Part shown: piece after piece, positions 46,990 to 57,217 of the stretch
Layout of the letters: each line of letters starts with the position of its first letter
How positions within the stretch are numbered: the stretch's first letter is position 1
Assembly: GCA_964655705.1 (NCBI GenBank)
Contig: CAZZPP010000003.1
Location: 37,427 to 101,426 of the forward strand
DNA length: 64,000 nucleotides
Direction of reading: 5' to 3'
Source: an uncultured Candidatus Saccharibacteria bacterium
GTDB taxonomy: Bacteria; Patescibacteriota; Dojkabacteria; SC72
Made by a program: the position numbers and the translations under genes
Notes under the pieces: model-generated
Told to the model about the DNA's origin: nothing
What the model saw: the letters and a program-made list of their open reading frames with translations, nothing else
Databases searched by the model: none

Positions 46990-47256
46990 CTACTTCTTTT
47001 TAGTATCAGTCCGAGTAGCATAGAAGACCCCCTGTTTAGGTTCTCTGGAAGAAGAGCTGTCATTAACATTACTTTGAGAACGAGTTGGAATAACTATCCA
47101 AAGAATAATGTAGAGTAAAAGACCACTACCCGATAGAAGGATTAGAACAAATGCTATCCTTATAAGCGTAGAATCTATATTGAAGTACTCACCTAATCCA
47201 CCACAAACACCTGCTATCATTTTATCTGTTTCTGATCTGTATAGTTTTTTCGCCAT
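46990..47256 (-). CDS. PspC-domain protein
   Basis: DKMIAGVCGGLGEYFNIDSTLIRIAFVLILL is the PspC signature. One TM helix. Confidence 0.7.
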   Translation of the reverse strand: MAKKLYRSETDKMIAGVCGGLGEYFNIDSTLIRIAFVLILLSGSGLLLYIILWIVIPTRSQSNVNDSSSSREPKQGVFYATRTDTKKK

Positions 47257-47344
47257 AATTATTTACTCAAATTTTATTTATCCGTTATATATTGTAAGAT
47301 AAAATGAAGAAATATTAAATAGTTAAATTAAAAATTACTAAATA

Positions 47345-47608
47345 ATGCAAAGAGGAGTCTTGAAACTAAATAGTGATGAGTATATACAACTACTTAATAT
47401 CTTAGATATAGAGATTTTCACAGGAACACCTCTTTATGAGAAATTTAAAAGTGCTTTAGAAAATAGAAATACTGAAATTGAGATATTTCTCTCTGAAGAT
47501 GAAATAGAAAGGATACTTGATGAGGTAGGCCCCCCTATTACTGAAAATCAGGTACTAAATAGCGCTCTAAAAAAGATTTCCGATTTGTTAATATCTTTTA
47601 GATCTTAA
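47345..47608 (+). CDS. Small hypothetical protein
   Basis: 87 aa ORF. Confidence 0.3.
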   Translation: MQRGVLKLNSDEYIQLLNILDIEIFTGTPLYEKFKSALENRNTEIEIFLSEDEIERILDEVGPPITENQVLNSALKKISDLLISFRS

Positions 47609-48134
47609 CCTTTTTACCCATCTTCTCAATATAATCCTGGATATGTTCACTTATCATTGTAGTTGTATCCTGCCAATCAAGATATTTTGGAATATCTTTA
47701 ACAGTAATCCACTCTGCTTTGAGAGTATCTCCATTGTCTGGATCAGACTCAAATTCATTATCTTTATCTACAAAGACCAATAGTCTAACTTGATATCCGT
47801 TACTATTCCACTGTCCGTCTTCTCCTTTCTCAAATGCCTCTTGATAGAAAAAAGGTTGAATACTATCCACTTGAACATCTCTATTAGTCTCTTCCTTAAC
47901 TTCTCTTACTAATGTATTTTCTACATTTTCATCTTTCTCAACGGTACCTCCAGGCAGTAACCACAGTCCCTCCCTGTTGTAGACTAATAAAACATTCTGC
48001 TTATCTTTACTAATTACCAAGGCATATACCTGCCTAATTTTATCCATTTCAGGGAATTCCTCAGAAAGATATACGTCAAATCTATACTCTTTATCTTTCC
48101 AATTCCAGAGATTTGTATGATGAAGTTGGGCCAT
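47598..48134 (-). CDS. NUDIX hydrolase
   Basis: The Nudix box reads GGTVEKDENVENTLVREVKEETN. Confidence 0.8.
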   Translation of the reverse strand: MAQLHHTNLWNWKDKEYRFDVYLSEEFPEMDKIRQVYALVISKDKQNVLLVYNREGLWLLPGGTVEKDENVENTLVREVKEETNRDVQVDSIQPFFYQEAFEKGEDGQWNSNGYQVRLLVFVDKDNEFESDPDNGDTLKAEWITVKDIPKYLDWQDTTTMISEHIQDYIEKMGKKVKI

Positions 48135-48160
48135 TTTGTATGAAAATGATTATGTTATTT

Positions 48161-48230
48161 TGCCGGACCTAGATTCGAACTAGGATTAACGGTTCCAGAG
48201 ACCGCCGTCCTACCATTAGACGATCCGGCA
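48161..48230 (-). tRNA. tRNA-Gln, anticodon CTG
   Basis: The reverse complement gives TGCCGGA TC GTCT AATGGTA GGAC G GCGGT CTCTGGA ACCGT TAAT CCTAG TTCGAAT CTAGG TCCGGCA A. The U1:A72 pair is typical of bacterial tRNA-Gln. Confidence 0.8.
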
Positions 48231-48253
48231 ATGCCTAAGATTATACTACATCT

Positions 48254-49900
48254 CTATATATTATTAACATATTCCTTAACTCTACTTCTTACCCTAGCTT
48301 CTCCCATTACCTGCATAACTTGATAGAGATCTGGGGTTTGTTTTCTACCTGTTACAGCAACTCTAAGTATCATAGCAACATCTCCTACTTTCCCTTTGTA
48401 TTTTTTAGGGTTGCTTTCATACTCTTTATAATCAATGCAAAATCCATTTTTATCAGCAATTCTTTTTATCTTGTTAAACCACTCATACTGGTCATCACCA
48501 AAGTAGTATGTATCCAAAAAATCAGAAAGCACCTTTTTCTGGATACTGTTATCAATATCCAAAGATTCTTTTTCTAAACCTTTGAACATATCATCGAAAA
48601 ATATCTCGAATTGATGAGTTACATCACTCCATTTCTCAATATCCTTCCTAATCTTTTCTCCTTCCCTTTCAATATTAAAAATGTTTAGACAATATTCTTT
48701 CTGATTAAGTAGTTTCGTATGTATTTCTGGATTGAAAGTTTCTGCCCATTCCAAGGTATTCTCATACACCTCCTGTGCACTTAATCTTGAGATATACTCC
48801 TTACAAACATCCTTTAGCTTAACCATATCAAAGAGAGCTCCAGCCTTGTTAAATTTCTCCAACTTTAGAGTAAATTCTGAAAACGGAAGATTAGGATTTT
48901 GGATTCTCCAATCTGCAAAATTAGAGTTCATAATATTTAAGAAATACTCTAATATCGCTGTATCTGGATATCCATTATTTATAAAGAAAGAAGCATCTGC
49001 TTCTGGATCTTTCCTCTTACTAAGCTTTCTCTTGTTCCCATTATCCATCTTCATTAAAGGAGATGGATGTGCGTAAGGTATTTCTTTAAAACCTAACTTT
49101 TTAAATATCTCTAAATGTAAAGGTATTGAAGGAAACCACTCATATGTCCTTATAACCAAATTAATACCCATTAAAGTATCATCTATTGGGTGAGCAAAAT
49201 GATATGTTGGGTATCCATCAGATTTAAGCAAAACAGCATCCATATCATTTTCAGAAAAGGTGCAGTTAGCTTTAATTAAATCGTTAAATGTAAATTTTTC
49301 TTTAAAATCCCCTGTAGAGTGAAGTCTAATTACAAACTTCTTACCCTCCTGCAGAGCATTTCTTATCAAATCCATATCTGCATCTCTCCATTTAGCCCAC
49401 TGTCCGTAGTATCCAGTTCTTGAGTTACTCTCATTTTGTTTTTCCCTTATTTCTTCTAACTCCTGTGCAGAAGCAAAGCAGGGATATGCTCCCCCTGTAC
49501 TAACAAGATACTTAGCAAAAGCCTTGTATATATCCAATCTTTCACTTTGAATATACGGCCCATATTTACCACCTCTAACACTTTCATCAAAATTGATTCC
49601 GAAGCCTTCTAAACCATCAATTATCAAATCAATACCTCCCTCTATCTCTCTCTTTTTATCTGTATCCTCTATCCTTAAAATATATATACCTTTAGTTTGG
49701 TTAACCAATTTCCTCCCAATTAAAGATGTAAATACTGAACCTAAGTGTAAAAAGCCTGTAGGACTAGGTGCAAATCTTAAAACTAACTGTGATGGTTCGA
49801 GGTTTCTGTTTGGGTATCTATTAAATATATCATCAACACTCTCTTTAACATCTGGAAACAACAATTCTGCTAATTCAATATTTTCCTTCTCTGTTCTCAT
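48254..49900 (-). CDS. gltX: Glutamyl-tRNA synthetase, probably non-discriminating
   Basis: LRFAPSPTGFLHLGSVFTSL (the HIGH region), RIEDTDKKRE and KLSKRK (KMSKS-like) are present. tRNA-Gln sits directly downstream on the same strand. Confidence 0.85.
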   Translation of the reverse strand: MRTEKENIELAELLFPDVKESVDDIFNRYPNRNLEPSQLVLRFAPSPTGFLHLGSVFTSLIGRKLVNQTKGIYILRIEDTDKKREIEGGIDLIIDGLEGFGINFDESVRGGKYGPYIQSERLDIYKAFAKYLVSTGGAYPCFASAQELEEIREKQNESNSRTGYYGQWAKWRDADMDLIRNALQEGKKFVIRLHSTGDFKEKFTFNDLIKANCTFSENDMDAVLLKSDGYPTYHFAHPIDDTLMGINLVIRTYEWFPSIPLHLEIFKKLGFKEIPYAHPSPLMKMDNGNKRKLSKRKDPEADASFFINNGYPDTAILEYFLNIMNSNFADWRIQNPNLPFSEFTLKLEKFNKAGALFDMVKLKDVCKEYISRLSAQEVYENTLEWAETFNPEIHTKLLNQKEYCLNIFNIEREGEKIRKDIEKWSDVTHQFEIFFDDMFKGLEKESLDIDNSIQKKVLSDFLDTYYFGDDQYEWFNKIKRIADKNGFCIDYKEYESNPKKYKGKVGDVAMILRVAVTGRKQTPDLYQVMQVMGEARVRSRVKEYVNNI

Positions 49901-49961
49901 AATAAAAAAAGTTGTATAAAGTTATGTTGATATATGTAATATACACTGTTATCATTATACC

Positions 49962-51275
49962 ATGACATTAACAGAAGCAGCATTCTGGACTAAAAGATTA
50001 GGAGTAGTAGCAATTGGGATTGTTTTTCTACTCATAATTGTAGTCTTGATTGCGTTTAATCCTGGAAACACCCCCTTACCTCCTGAGTACCAAACTGCAA
50101 GTTGTGCATGTACAGATAAGGCAGAAGAATTTTTGGAAAATGTACTAACTATTCCCTCCTATGAACTAAAATCTGAATCAACTCCCACCTATGTAGTTCA
50201 AACAGATACAGGTAAATTGGATGACAACCTCCCAGATATTGTCAACGTATATAGGTATGAGAACTTAGGAGAACAGATTAATGCTCAAGCGAAATCAAAG
50301 ATATTGGCTAAAGCAATGGGTTTTAATCAAGACTCAATAATTAGGCAACTAACTTCAGAATATATATGGCAAGATGCACCTTCTCAAAGAGGTCTTAGAG
50401 TAAATGTTAGAGACTTGAATTTCACTTTTAGTACTAATGTAAACAAGATTAAGAGTATTCGATCTCAAGCAGATTTACCTAGTGAGAAGGAGGCCATAGA
50501 TGAGGCAAAAAGAGCTTTAAATACTCTTGGGTTGTATCTCTCTGGATTTGATGAGGTTACTCCTCTAACATTTCTAATTGATATTAATCCTGATGGTACA
50601 TATTCCCAAGCAGACTCTCTGCTTTCTGCAGAATTAATTAGGGTAGACTTTTTGAGGAAATTCCCCTTGATTACAATACCTAGCAATATCCAGGGTGCAG
50701 AAAGGATGGTGTCTTCTCTTGAGAGAAGAAATATGGAGGCTGTAGTAGAGGAAGATACATACAATGAGGAAAGAATAGATGTATATAATTTTAAGACATA
50801 TATGACTCATCAGATTTCTAGTAAATCTAATGTCTCCGTCTATGTTGGTCCAGAGAATGAAGAGGTTGATGCACTAAAAAGTATCTATCAAATTGATTAC
50901 AAGGTATGGGATATTGGGGTAGAGAGTTGTGGAACATATCCTTTGATTAGTGCCGCTGTAGCTGAAGAGAAGATTAAGAATGGACAGGGTAGTATAGTAT
51001 TTCTTAATTACAATAATGATGAAGTAGCTCCTTACTCTCCACAAGAGGTAAAGAAATTTTTAATTACTAGTGTAACTCTTACCTACTATGAAGGACTACT
51101 TGAGCAGAAATTCTTACAACCTGTTTACTATTTTTCAGGAGAAGCAGATTTAGCAGATGGAACAAGAGCTGATTTTGATATCTATTACCCTGCAATTAAT
51201 TATGCAATTGTTACTGACAAGATCGAAATAGAGGCTGCCCCTGTTGATAGTGGTGGAGGTGTCTTTTCACTTTAA
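49962..51275 (+). CDS. Membrane-anchored extracytoplasmic hypothetical protein
   Basis: 437 aa with an N-terminal TM and a large mixed alpha/beta body. No assignable motif. Confidence 0.4.
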   Translation: MTLTEAAFWTKRLGVVAIGIVFLLIIVVLIAFNPGNTPLPPEYQTASCACTDKAEEFLENVLTIPSYELKSESTPTYVVQTDTGKLDDNLPDIVNVYRYENLGEQINAQAKSKILAKAMGFNQDSIIRQLTSEYIWQDAPSQRGLRVNVRDLNFTFSTNVNKIKSIRSQADLPSEKEAIDEAKRALNTLGLYLSGFDEVTPLTFLIDINPDGTYSQADSLLSAELIRVDFLRKFPLITIPSNIQGAERMVSSLERRNMEAVVEEDTYNEERIDVYNFKTYMTHQISSKSNVSVYVGPENEEVDALKSIYQIDYKVWDIGVESCGTYPLISAAVAEEKIKNGQGSIVFLNYNNDEVAPYSPQEVKKFLITSVTLTYYEGLLEQKFLQPVYYFSGEADLADGTRADFDIYYPAINYAIVTDKIEIEAAPVDSGGGVFSL

Positions 51276-52358
51276 TATCTCTCTCGCATATTTCTCTAAG
51301 AGTGCAGTTTCTTCGAACCTTTTCTGCGAGTCAATTACTACAATAATCAGTTCATTACCATTGGGATATACATAATAACCTGCAAAACACTGTCCTGCTA
51401 GGTCAGTAATGCCTGTTTTTAACCCCTTAATATATCTGTTTGTACCATATAGCTGGTTAGTAGTTAGAATCTCTTTACTGACCAATCCTTCCTGTGTACT
51501 CCAATTAATTACTTCTTTAGAGGTATTTACTGTCTCCAATATCAATGGATATTTTCTAGAAACAGCTGTCAATATCGCAATATCTTTTGTCGTAGAATAG
51601 TTATCAACTTCATCTATACCCGCTGGATTACTAAAACTAGATGATTCCATTCTTAATGTTTTAGCCTTCCTGTTCATTGCCTTTACAAATGCATCATAGC
51701 CACCATATGGGTATGCATTTGCGATTATGTATGCAGAATCGTTGTAGGAACTAATCAACATTGCCTTAAGGATGTTCTCAACAGATATCTTGTCACCATC
51801 CTTAAGACCTAATTGCCAATCTAAATCTTCAGGGATATTTTCTGTAGATACATTAATTGTTTCATCTAGTTGAAATGTCTCTAATACAACTATTGCAGAG
51901 AGTAGTTTAGTTAAACTTGCAACACTCTTTTTGTCATCAATATTTTTCTCATACAATACATCTCCATTAGATGGATTAAAAACTATTGCACCTTGAGAGG
52001 TAATGTCAGTAGGAGATATTACTTTTTTTGAAGAAGAAGAAAGGCTCTCACCATCAATACCCTCATACTGTAAGTATGTTGGAATTTCATTTACAGTTAA
52101 ATACTGGGGCTTAGGTTTGAGAAATGGAAGAGAAATATATATACCGAGACCTAGCAAAACGGATATTAGAATATACAGAGATATTCTCTTAAATTTCTTC
52201 CTCCTTTTACTTCTTTTCTCAACCTCTTTTGCTTGTTTAGCAGCTCTTACAGCTTGTTTGTATAGCTCCCTGTCATATCTTTCATCTGGGAGAGAGTTCC
52301 CTAGATTTTTCTTTTCTTTTAAATCTCCTTTTGTCATTAATAGTATTGATATTACCAA
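51267..52358 (-). CDS. dacA: D-alanyl-D-alanine carboxypeptidase (S11, PBP5/6-like)
   Basis: An N-terminal Lys-rich segment and TM are followed by SxxK (SVASLTKLL), SxN (SSYNDSA) and KTG (LKTGITD). Confidence 0.75.
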   Translation of the reverse strand: MVISILLMTKGDLKEKKNLGNSLPDERYDRELYKQAVRAAKQAKEVEKRSKRRKKFKRISLYILISVLLGLGIYISLPFLKPKPQYLTVNEIPTYLQYEGIDGESLSSSSKKVISPTDITSQGAIVFNPSNGDVLYEKNIDDKKSVASLTKLLSAIVVLETFQLDETINVSTENIPEDLDWQLGLKDGDKISVENILKAMLISSYNDSAYIIANAYPYGGYDAFVKAMNRKAKTLRMESSSFSNPAGIDEVDNYSTTKDIAILTAVSRKYPLILETVNTSKEVINWSTQEGLVSKEILTTNQLYGTNRYIKGLKTGITDLAGQCFAGYYVYPNGNELIIVVIDSQKRFEETALLEKYAREILK

Positions 52359-52440
52359 CTACATAGATAATGAGCAAATACTTTGTTGTTCTTTTTAAAG
52401 GATGTAATATATAATAGGGGATAAAATATGTAAAAAGAAT

Positions 52441-53775
52441 ATGCAAAGAACATACATTTCTAAACTAGGAGATTTAATTGGTCAACAAGTAAGAATCAGA
52501 GGTAGGGTTGATACCATAAGAGATCAAGGAAAGATTGTATTTATGGTGTTAAGGGATATTACAGGTAAAGTACAGACTGTATCTTGGTCAGGGGGGGATG
52601 TTAATGTTTTCAATACTGTAAAAAGTTTAACTGCAGAATCTGTTGTAGATGTTTCTGGACTTGTTAAAGATGCAAAACAGGTGGCAGCAGGATATGAGAT
52701 AGAGATACATGAGATAACGGTAGACTCAGTATCTAAGACACCTCTTCCAATTGTAATAGAGCAACCATATTCTAAAAATATTTCTAACTTAGATAAAAGA
52801 CTAGACTACAGATGGTTAGATCTTAGATCTGAGAGAAACAACCTCATGATGAAAGTAGCTACTGTAATGGGTAATAGATTTAGAGAGTATTGTATTCAGA
52901 ATAATTTTGTAGAGATTCAGGGACCTAGAATAATTAGTGCAGCTAGTGAGGGTGGAGCAAATGTGTTTGAGGTTAAATATTTTGATAGGAAAGCATATCT
53001 TGCACAATCTCCACAATTCCATAAGCAGATGGGTATAGCAGCAGACCTAGATAGAGTCTTTAATATGGGACCAGTATTTAGAGCAGAGAAATCTTTTACA
53101 ACAAGACACTTAACAGAGTATACAAGTTTTGATGTAGAGATTGGATATATAGATTCATTTAAGGATGTGTGTAAATTCGAACAAGAGATGATTAAGTATG
53201 TATTAAGTGGAATAAAGAAAGTATATGGTGAGGATATTAAGAGAGTATTCGGAATTGAAATTAATATTCCTAATGGAGATTTCCCATATATCAGCGTAAA
53301 AGAAATAAAAGAGAAACTTGCTAAAGAGAATATCCCAAGTAAGGATGACGGAGACTTCTCACCAGAGGAGGAGAGAGCAATATCAGAGATAATGGAGAAA
53401 GAAACAGGTTGTGAGTTCGTATTTGTATATGACTACCCTCATAACAGAAGGGCTTTCTACCATATGAAAGATGAAAAGAATCCACAAACTGCTTTAGGTT
53501 TTGATCTTTTCTGGAAGGGTATTGAGATTACAACAGGTGCACAAAGAGAGCATAGGGTTGAGAGACTAAAAGAGAGTGCAAAAGAAAGGGGTGTTGAGTT
53601 AACAACTCTGTCTGAATATTTCGAATATTTTGAATATGGATGTCCCCCTCATGGTGGATTTGCATTGGGTACAGAAAGATTCCTAATGAAGCTTTTAGAC
53701 TATGGGAGTATCTTAGAAACAACATATCTTCCTAATACTCCAAATAGGTTAGGGAAATTAATAAATGTTAAATAG
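52441..53775 (+). CDS. aspS: Aspartyl-tRNA synthetase, archaeal/eukaryal short type, possibly non-discriminating
   Basis: An N-terminal OB fold is followed by class II motifs. LAQSPQFHKQ is the AspRS-type QSPQ flipping loop. FRAEKSFTTRHLTEY and GGANVFEV are also present. Length is 444 aa. Confidence 0.8.
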   Translation: MQRTYISKLGDLIGQQVRIRGRVDTIRDQGKIVFMVLRDITGKVQTVSWSGGDVNVFNTVKSLTAESVVDVSGLVKDAKQVAAGYEIEIHEITVDSVSKTPLPIVIEQPYSKNISNLDKRLDYRWLDLRSERNNLMMKVATVMGNRFREYCIQNNFVEIQGPRIISAASEGGANVFEVKYFDRKAYLAQSPQFHKQMGIAADLDRVFNMGPVFRAEKSFTTRHLTEYTSFDVEIGYIDSFKDVCKFEQEMIKYVLSGIKKVYGEDIKRVFGIEINIPNGDFPYISVKEIKEKLAKENIPSKDDGDFSPEEERAISEIMEKETGCEFVFVYDYPHNRRAFYHMKDEKNPQTALGFDLFWKGIEITTGAQREHRVERLKESAKERGVELTTLSEYFEYFEYGCPPHGGFALGTERFLMKLLDYGSILETTYLPNTPNRLGKLINVK

Positions 53776-53776
53776 A

Positions 53777-55492
53777 TTAAGTAGAAAATCTCCACTCTTT
53801 GACTAGAAACTGAATCTCTTCATTCCCATTCCAAGAATTAATACCTACTCCACCTACAACATCTATCTTGTCATCAATATTTATTTCTTGAGAATCTGAA
53901 TTACAGTTAAACAGTACTAAGGTAATTAAATCTATACCATCTCCTTTACAAATTAATTTCATATGATTACCTAGTTTTCCCATTATCTGTTTTTTTAGAA
54001 CTACCAATCCTGTTACTCCTATTAATGGTTTACTATTACCATATCCAAATGGTTTTAATAGATCTAATTGCTCTACAAGCGTTGTAGAGATACTCTCACT
54101 ACTTAGTAGTAAATCAATATTTAGATTTTTAATTAACATATCCTCAGTAATCTCTTTGTCAGCTATCTCATGTATACATTTACTAAACTCCTTTTGTTTG
54201 TCCTTTTTAATGGTAAAACCCGCAGCTAATTCATGACCTCCATATCTTTCTAAATACTTCTCACATTTAGAAAGTGCATTAGTTATATTAAAGCCAGCTA
54301 TACTTCTAGCAGAGCCCTTAATACCATCAGCACTCTTGCTTCCAACAAGAACAGGTCTATGATATCTCTCATTTAGTTTTCCTGCAATTAACCCTACTAT
54401 ACCCTCATGCCAATCATCTCCTACTACAAAGAGAATTTTCTCTTTACTGTCTTTAATAATTTCCAAAGCCTGGTCTAAGCCATTTTGGGTCATTTGTTGT
54501 CTCTGGAAATTAGTTTCATTAAGAATTTCAGAAATACTTCTACAAACCTCCTCCTTTTCACTAACTAAAAGTTTAACAGCATCTAGTGGTGACCCTATTC
54601 TTCCTACAGCATTAATTCTAGGACCAAGTATATATCCTAGATGGTAACTATCAATTTCCCCTATCTCCAAACCTGATACTTTAATTAACTCCCTTAAGCC
54701 TGTTCTTGTTCCTTTCCTCATTTGTTGAATACCATATTTAACTACAACTCGATTAACATCCAAAAGAGGCATTAAATCGGTAACTGTAGCCATAGCTACA
54801 AGATCTAAACCCTTTGTATCACCATCTATCTCATACTCCATCCCTAACTCTTTTCTAATTGCTTGAATTAGTAAAAATACTACATATGTACCACAAACAT
54901 TAACATTGGGATACTCATGATTAGGGTACATCGGATGAACCAGAGGATACTCAAGAGTATCATCCAAACCCTTCGGAGGTTGATGATGATCAGTAATTAC
55001 AAACTCCAATCCGCTCTCCTTCATGTATGCATTGATTAACTCCCTATCTCTTACTCCACAATCTACAGAAATTAGTAAATCACCCCCCAAATCAATTACA
55101 TCTTTAATGGAGGACTCTGTTAATCCATATCCCTGATTAACTCTACTAGGAATGTATGGAACAGCATTTACTTTCTTACCAAGTTTTTCAGACACCTCTT
55201 TAAAGAGGAATTCCCAAAGTAAACTCACACTACATATACCATCACAATCATAGTCCCCATGTATAACAATATGTTTGTCATCCTTTAGAGCTTTAATTAT
55301 TTTCTTTGCTGCTGACTTAGAATCAAACAGTAAGTTAAAAGGGGGAATATCTTTTAAACTGGAATTGAGAAACACCTCTTTCTCTATTCCTCTACTATCT
55401 AAAATATATCCAACGATATCTTCTGAAACTTTTTTTCTGGGTAATACCCATTTGCTCTTACTCTTAAGACTCATCTTTACTATACTGCTCAA
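53777..55492 (-). CDS. recJ: Single-stranded-DNA-specific exonuclease RecJ
   Basis: DHH motifs VIHGDYDCDGICS, DHH and a DHHA1 domain with GGH are present. Confidence 0.85.
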   Translation of the reverse strand: MSSIVKMSLKSKSKWVLPRKKVSEDIVGYILDSRGIEKEVFLNSSLKDIPPFNLLFDSKSAAKKIIKALKDDKHIVIHGDYDCDGICSVSLLWEFLFKEVSEKLGKKVNAVPYIPSRVNQGYGLTESSIKDVIDLGGDLLISVDCGVRDRELINAYMKESGLEFVITDHHQPPKGLDDTLEYPLVHPMYPNHEYPNVNVCGTYVVFLLIQAIRKELGMEYEIDGDTKGLDLVAMATVTDLMPLLDVNRVVVKYGIQQMRKGTRTGLRELIKVSGLEIGEIDSYHLGYILGPRINAVGRIGSPLDAVKLLVSEKEEVCRSISEILNETNFQRQQMTQNGLDQALEIIKDSKEKILFVVGDDWHEGIVGLIAGKLNERYHRPVLVGSKSADGIKGSARSIAGFNITNALSKCEKYLERYGGHELAAGFTIKKDKQKEFSKCIHEIADKEITEDMLIKNLNIDLLLSSESISTTLVEQLDLLKPFGYGNSKPLIGVTGLVVLKKQIMGKLGNHMKLICKGDGIDLITLVLFNCNSDSQEINIDDKIDVVGGVGINSWNGNEEIQFLVKEWRFST

Positions 55493-56111
55493 TTAAATCC
55501 CAACTAAAACCCTTTCTAAGTAAAAAGTTAACCATCTTCTGATCTTTAATATCAAATACCCTACCCCTATATCTTTTCTCAAAACTATTCCTTAAAATAT
55601 CAAGTTCATCTACAACCTCTTGCTCACAAACTGTATCTGCAATCTCTCTACTTACTCCCTTTGAGAGTAACTCTCCAATTAAAACACTCTTACCTCTAGG
55701 TTTACTCCTTAATCTTGATTGAACAAACATACGTGCAAAGTTCTCATCATCAATATATTTGTACTTCTTTAATTTAGAAACAATCTCCTCAAAAAAGATA
55801 TCCCACTCAAGATTAATATCCTGCTTAAACCAGATATCCTTTTTCTTAAATTTCAAATTCCTTAAATATCTTAATACCTGGAACTCTGTTTTGGGAGAAT
55901 GGGAAAGATACTCTGTTACTCTAGTTAGAAATCTACTCATTAAATCAGTTTGAACAATCCTCTCCAAAGTATGCTCATCTACATTCAAACCCTCATAGAG
56001 GTTCTCTTTGGCAAGCGTATCTAAGGATATACCACAGAAGAACTGCTCATCAATATATATATTCACCCTGTTAGGGTCTCTCTTTTGATACTCTATTTTT
56101 GTTACTCTCAT
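55464..56111 (-). CDS. recX: Regulatory protein RecX
   Basis: Three-repeat helical architecture. It lies immediately downstream of recA. Confidence 0.65.
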   Translation of the reverse strand: MRVTKIEYQKRDPNRVNIYIDEQFFCGISLDTLAKENLYEGLNVDEHTLERIVQTDLMSRFLTRVTEYLSHSPKTEFQVLRYLRNLKFKKKDIWFKQDINLEWDIFFEEIVSKLKKYKYIDDENFARMFVQSRLRSKPRGKSVLIGELLSKGVSREIADTVCEQEVVDELDILRNSFEKRYRGRVFDIKDQKMVNFLLRKGFSWDLIEQYSKDES

Positions 56112-57128
56112 CTACTTCATTTTAACACGAACAGCTTTCTCAATCTCATCTCTTAATTTCTTGTCTTCCTTAAGAAGTGTAACTGTAGAATCTCTACCCT
56201 GTGCTAACTGTTTCTCTCCATACTTAAACCAAGCACCTGATTTCTCTACAATATTTAAGGTAACAGCAGCATCCAGTATACTACTCTCTTTGTCAATACC
56301 ATATGGATATATCATATCGAAAGTAGCCTCTTTAAATGGTGGAGCCATTTTGTTTTTAACAACCTTAACTACTCTAGTATGACCAACTAAATTACCTTCT
56401 CTCATAATCTTGTCTCTTTGTCTAATATCCATTCTAATGGATGCATAGAATTTCAATGCATTCCCCCCTGTAGTTGTCTCTGGATTACCAAACATAATCC
56501 CTATCTTCATCCTTAACTGGTTTAGAAATATTATGGTTGTACCTGCTTTACCTGCAATAGCTGTAATTTTTCGAAGTGCCTGAGACATTAATCTAGCCTG
56601 TAGACCCATATGACTATCACCCATCTCCCCCTCTATCTCTGCACGAGGTGTTAGTGCTGCTACAGAATCAACAACAATAACTCCAAATGCAGCAGACCGT
56701 ACCAATGTCTCAAGAATCTCTAAAGCCTGTTCTCCAAAATCAGGCTGAGATATATACAATTCATCAATATTTAGGCCGATATTTTTAGCATATGTAGGAT
56801 CAAAAGCATGTTCTGCATCTATGAATGCAACAGAGTCCCCCTTCTTTTGAGCCTCTGCAAGTATATGTATAGCTAAAGTAGTTTTTCCTGAAGACTCAGG
56901 ACCATATATCTCAATTATCCTCCCCTTAGGAACACCCCCTATACCCAATGCCATATCTAAAGAAAGTGCTCCAGTAGGTATGACCTCAGTCTCAATTCTT
57001 TCCTTACTCCCTAATTTCATAATTGAACCCTTACCAAACTGCTTCTCTATTTGAGCTACTGCTACATCAATAGCTTTACTTTTTCCAGAAGAAGCACTTA
57101 CTTTTACCTCTTTAGTCGTAGATACCAT
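56112..57128 (-). CDS. recA: Recombinase RecA
   Basis: Walker [10 protein letters not shown], the L1/L2 loops and ALKFYASIR are present. Confidence 0.95.
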   Translation of the reverse strand: MVSTTKEVKVSASSGKSKAIDVAVAQIEKQFGKGSIMKLGSKERIETEVIPTGALSLDMALGIGGVPKGRIIEIYGPESSGKTTLAIHILAEAQKKGDSVAFIDAEHAFDPTYAKNIGLNIDELYISQPDFGEQALEILETLVRSAAFGVIVVDSVAALTPRAEIEGEMGDSHMGLQARLMSQALRKITAIAGKAGTTIIFLNQLRMKIGIMFGNPETTTGGNALKFYASIRMDIRQRDKIMREGNLVGHTRVVKVVKNKMAPPFKEATFDMIYPYGIDKESSILDAAVTLNIVEKSGAWFKYGEKQLAQGRDSTVTLLKEDKKLRDEIEKAVRVKMK

Positions 57129-57217
57129 AGTAAATTACTATATTAACTTAAATACATATCCTAAGCATATCAAAGGGATACTTCTTAGTCAAAAAATACA
57201 GTATATATTAATGAAAA

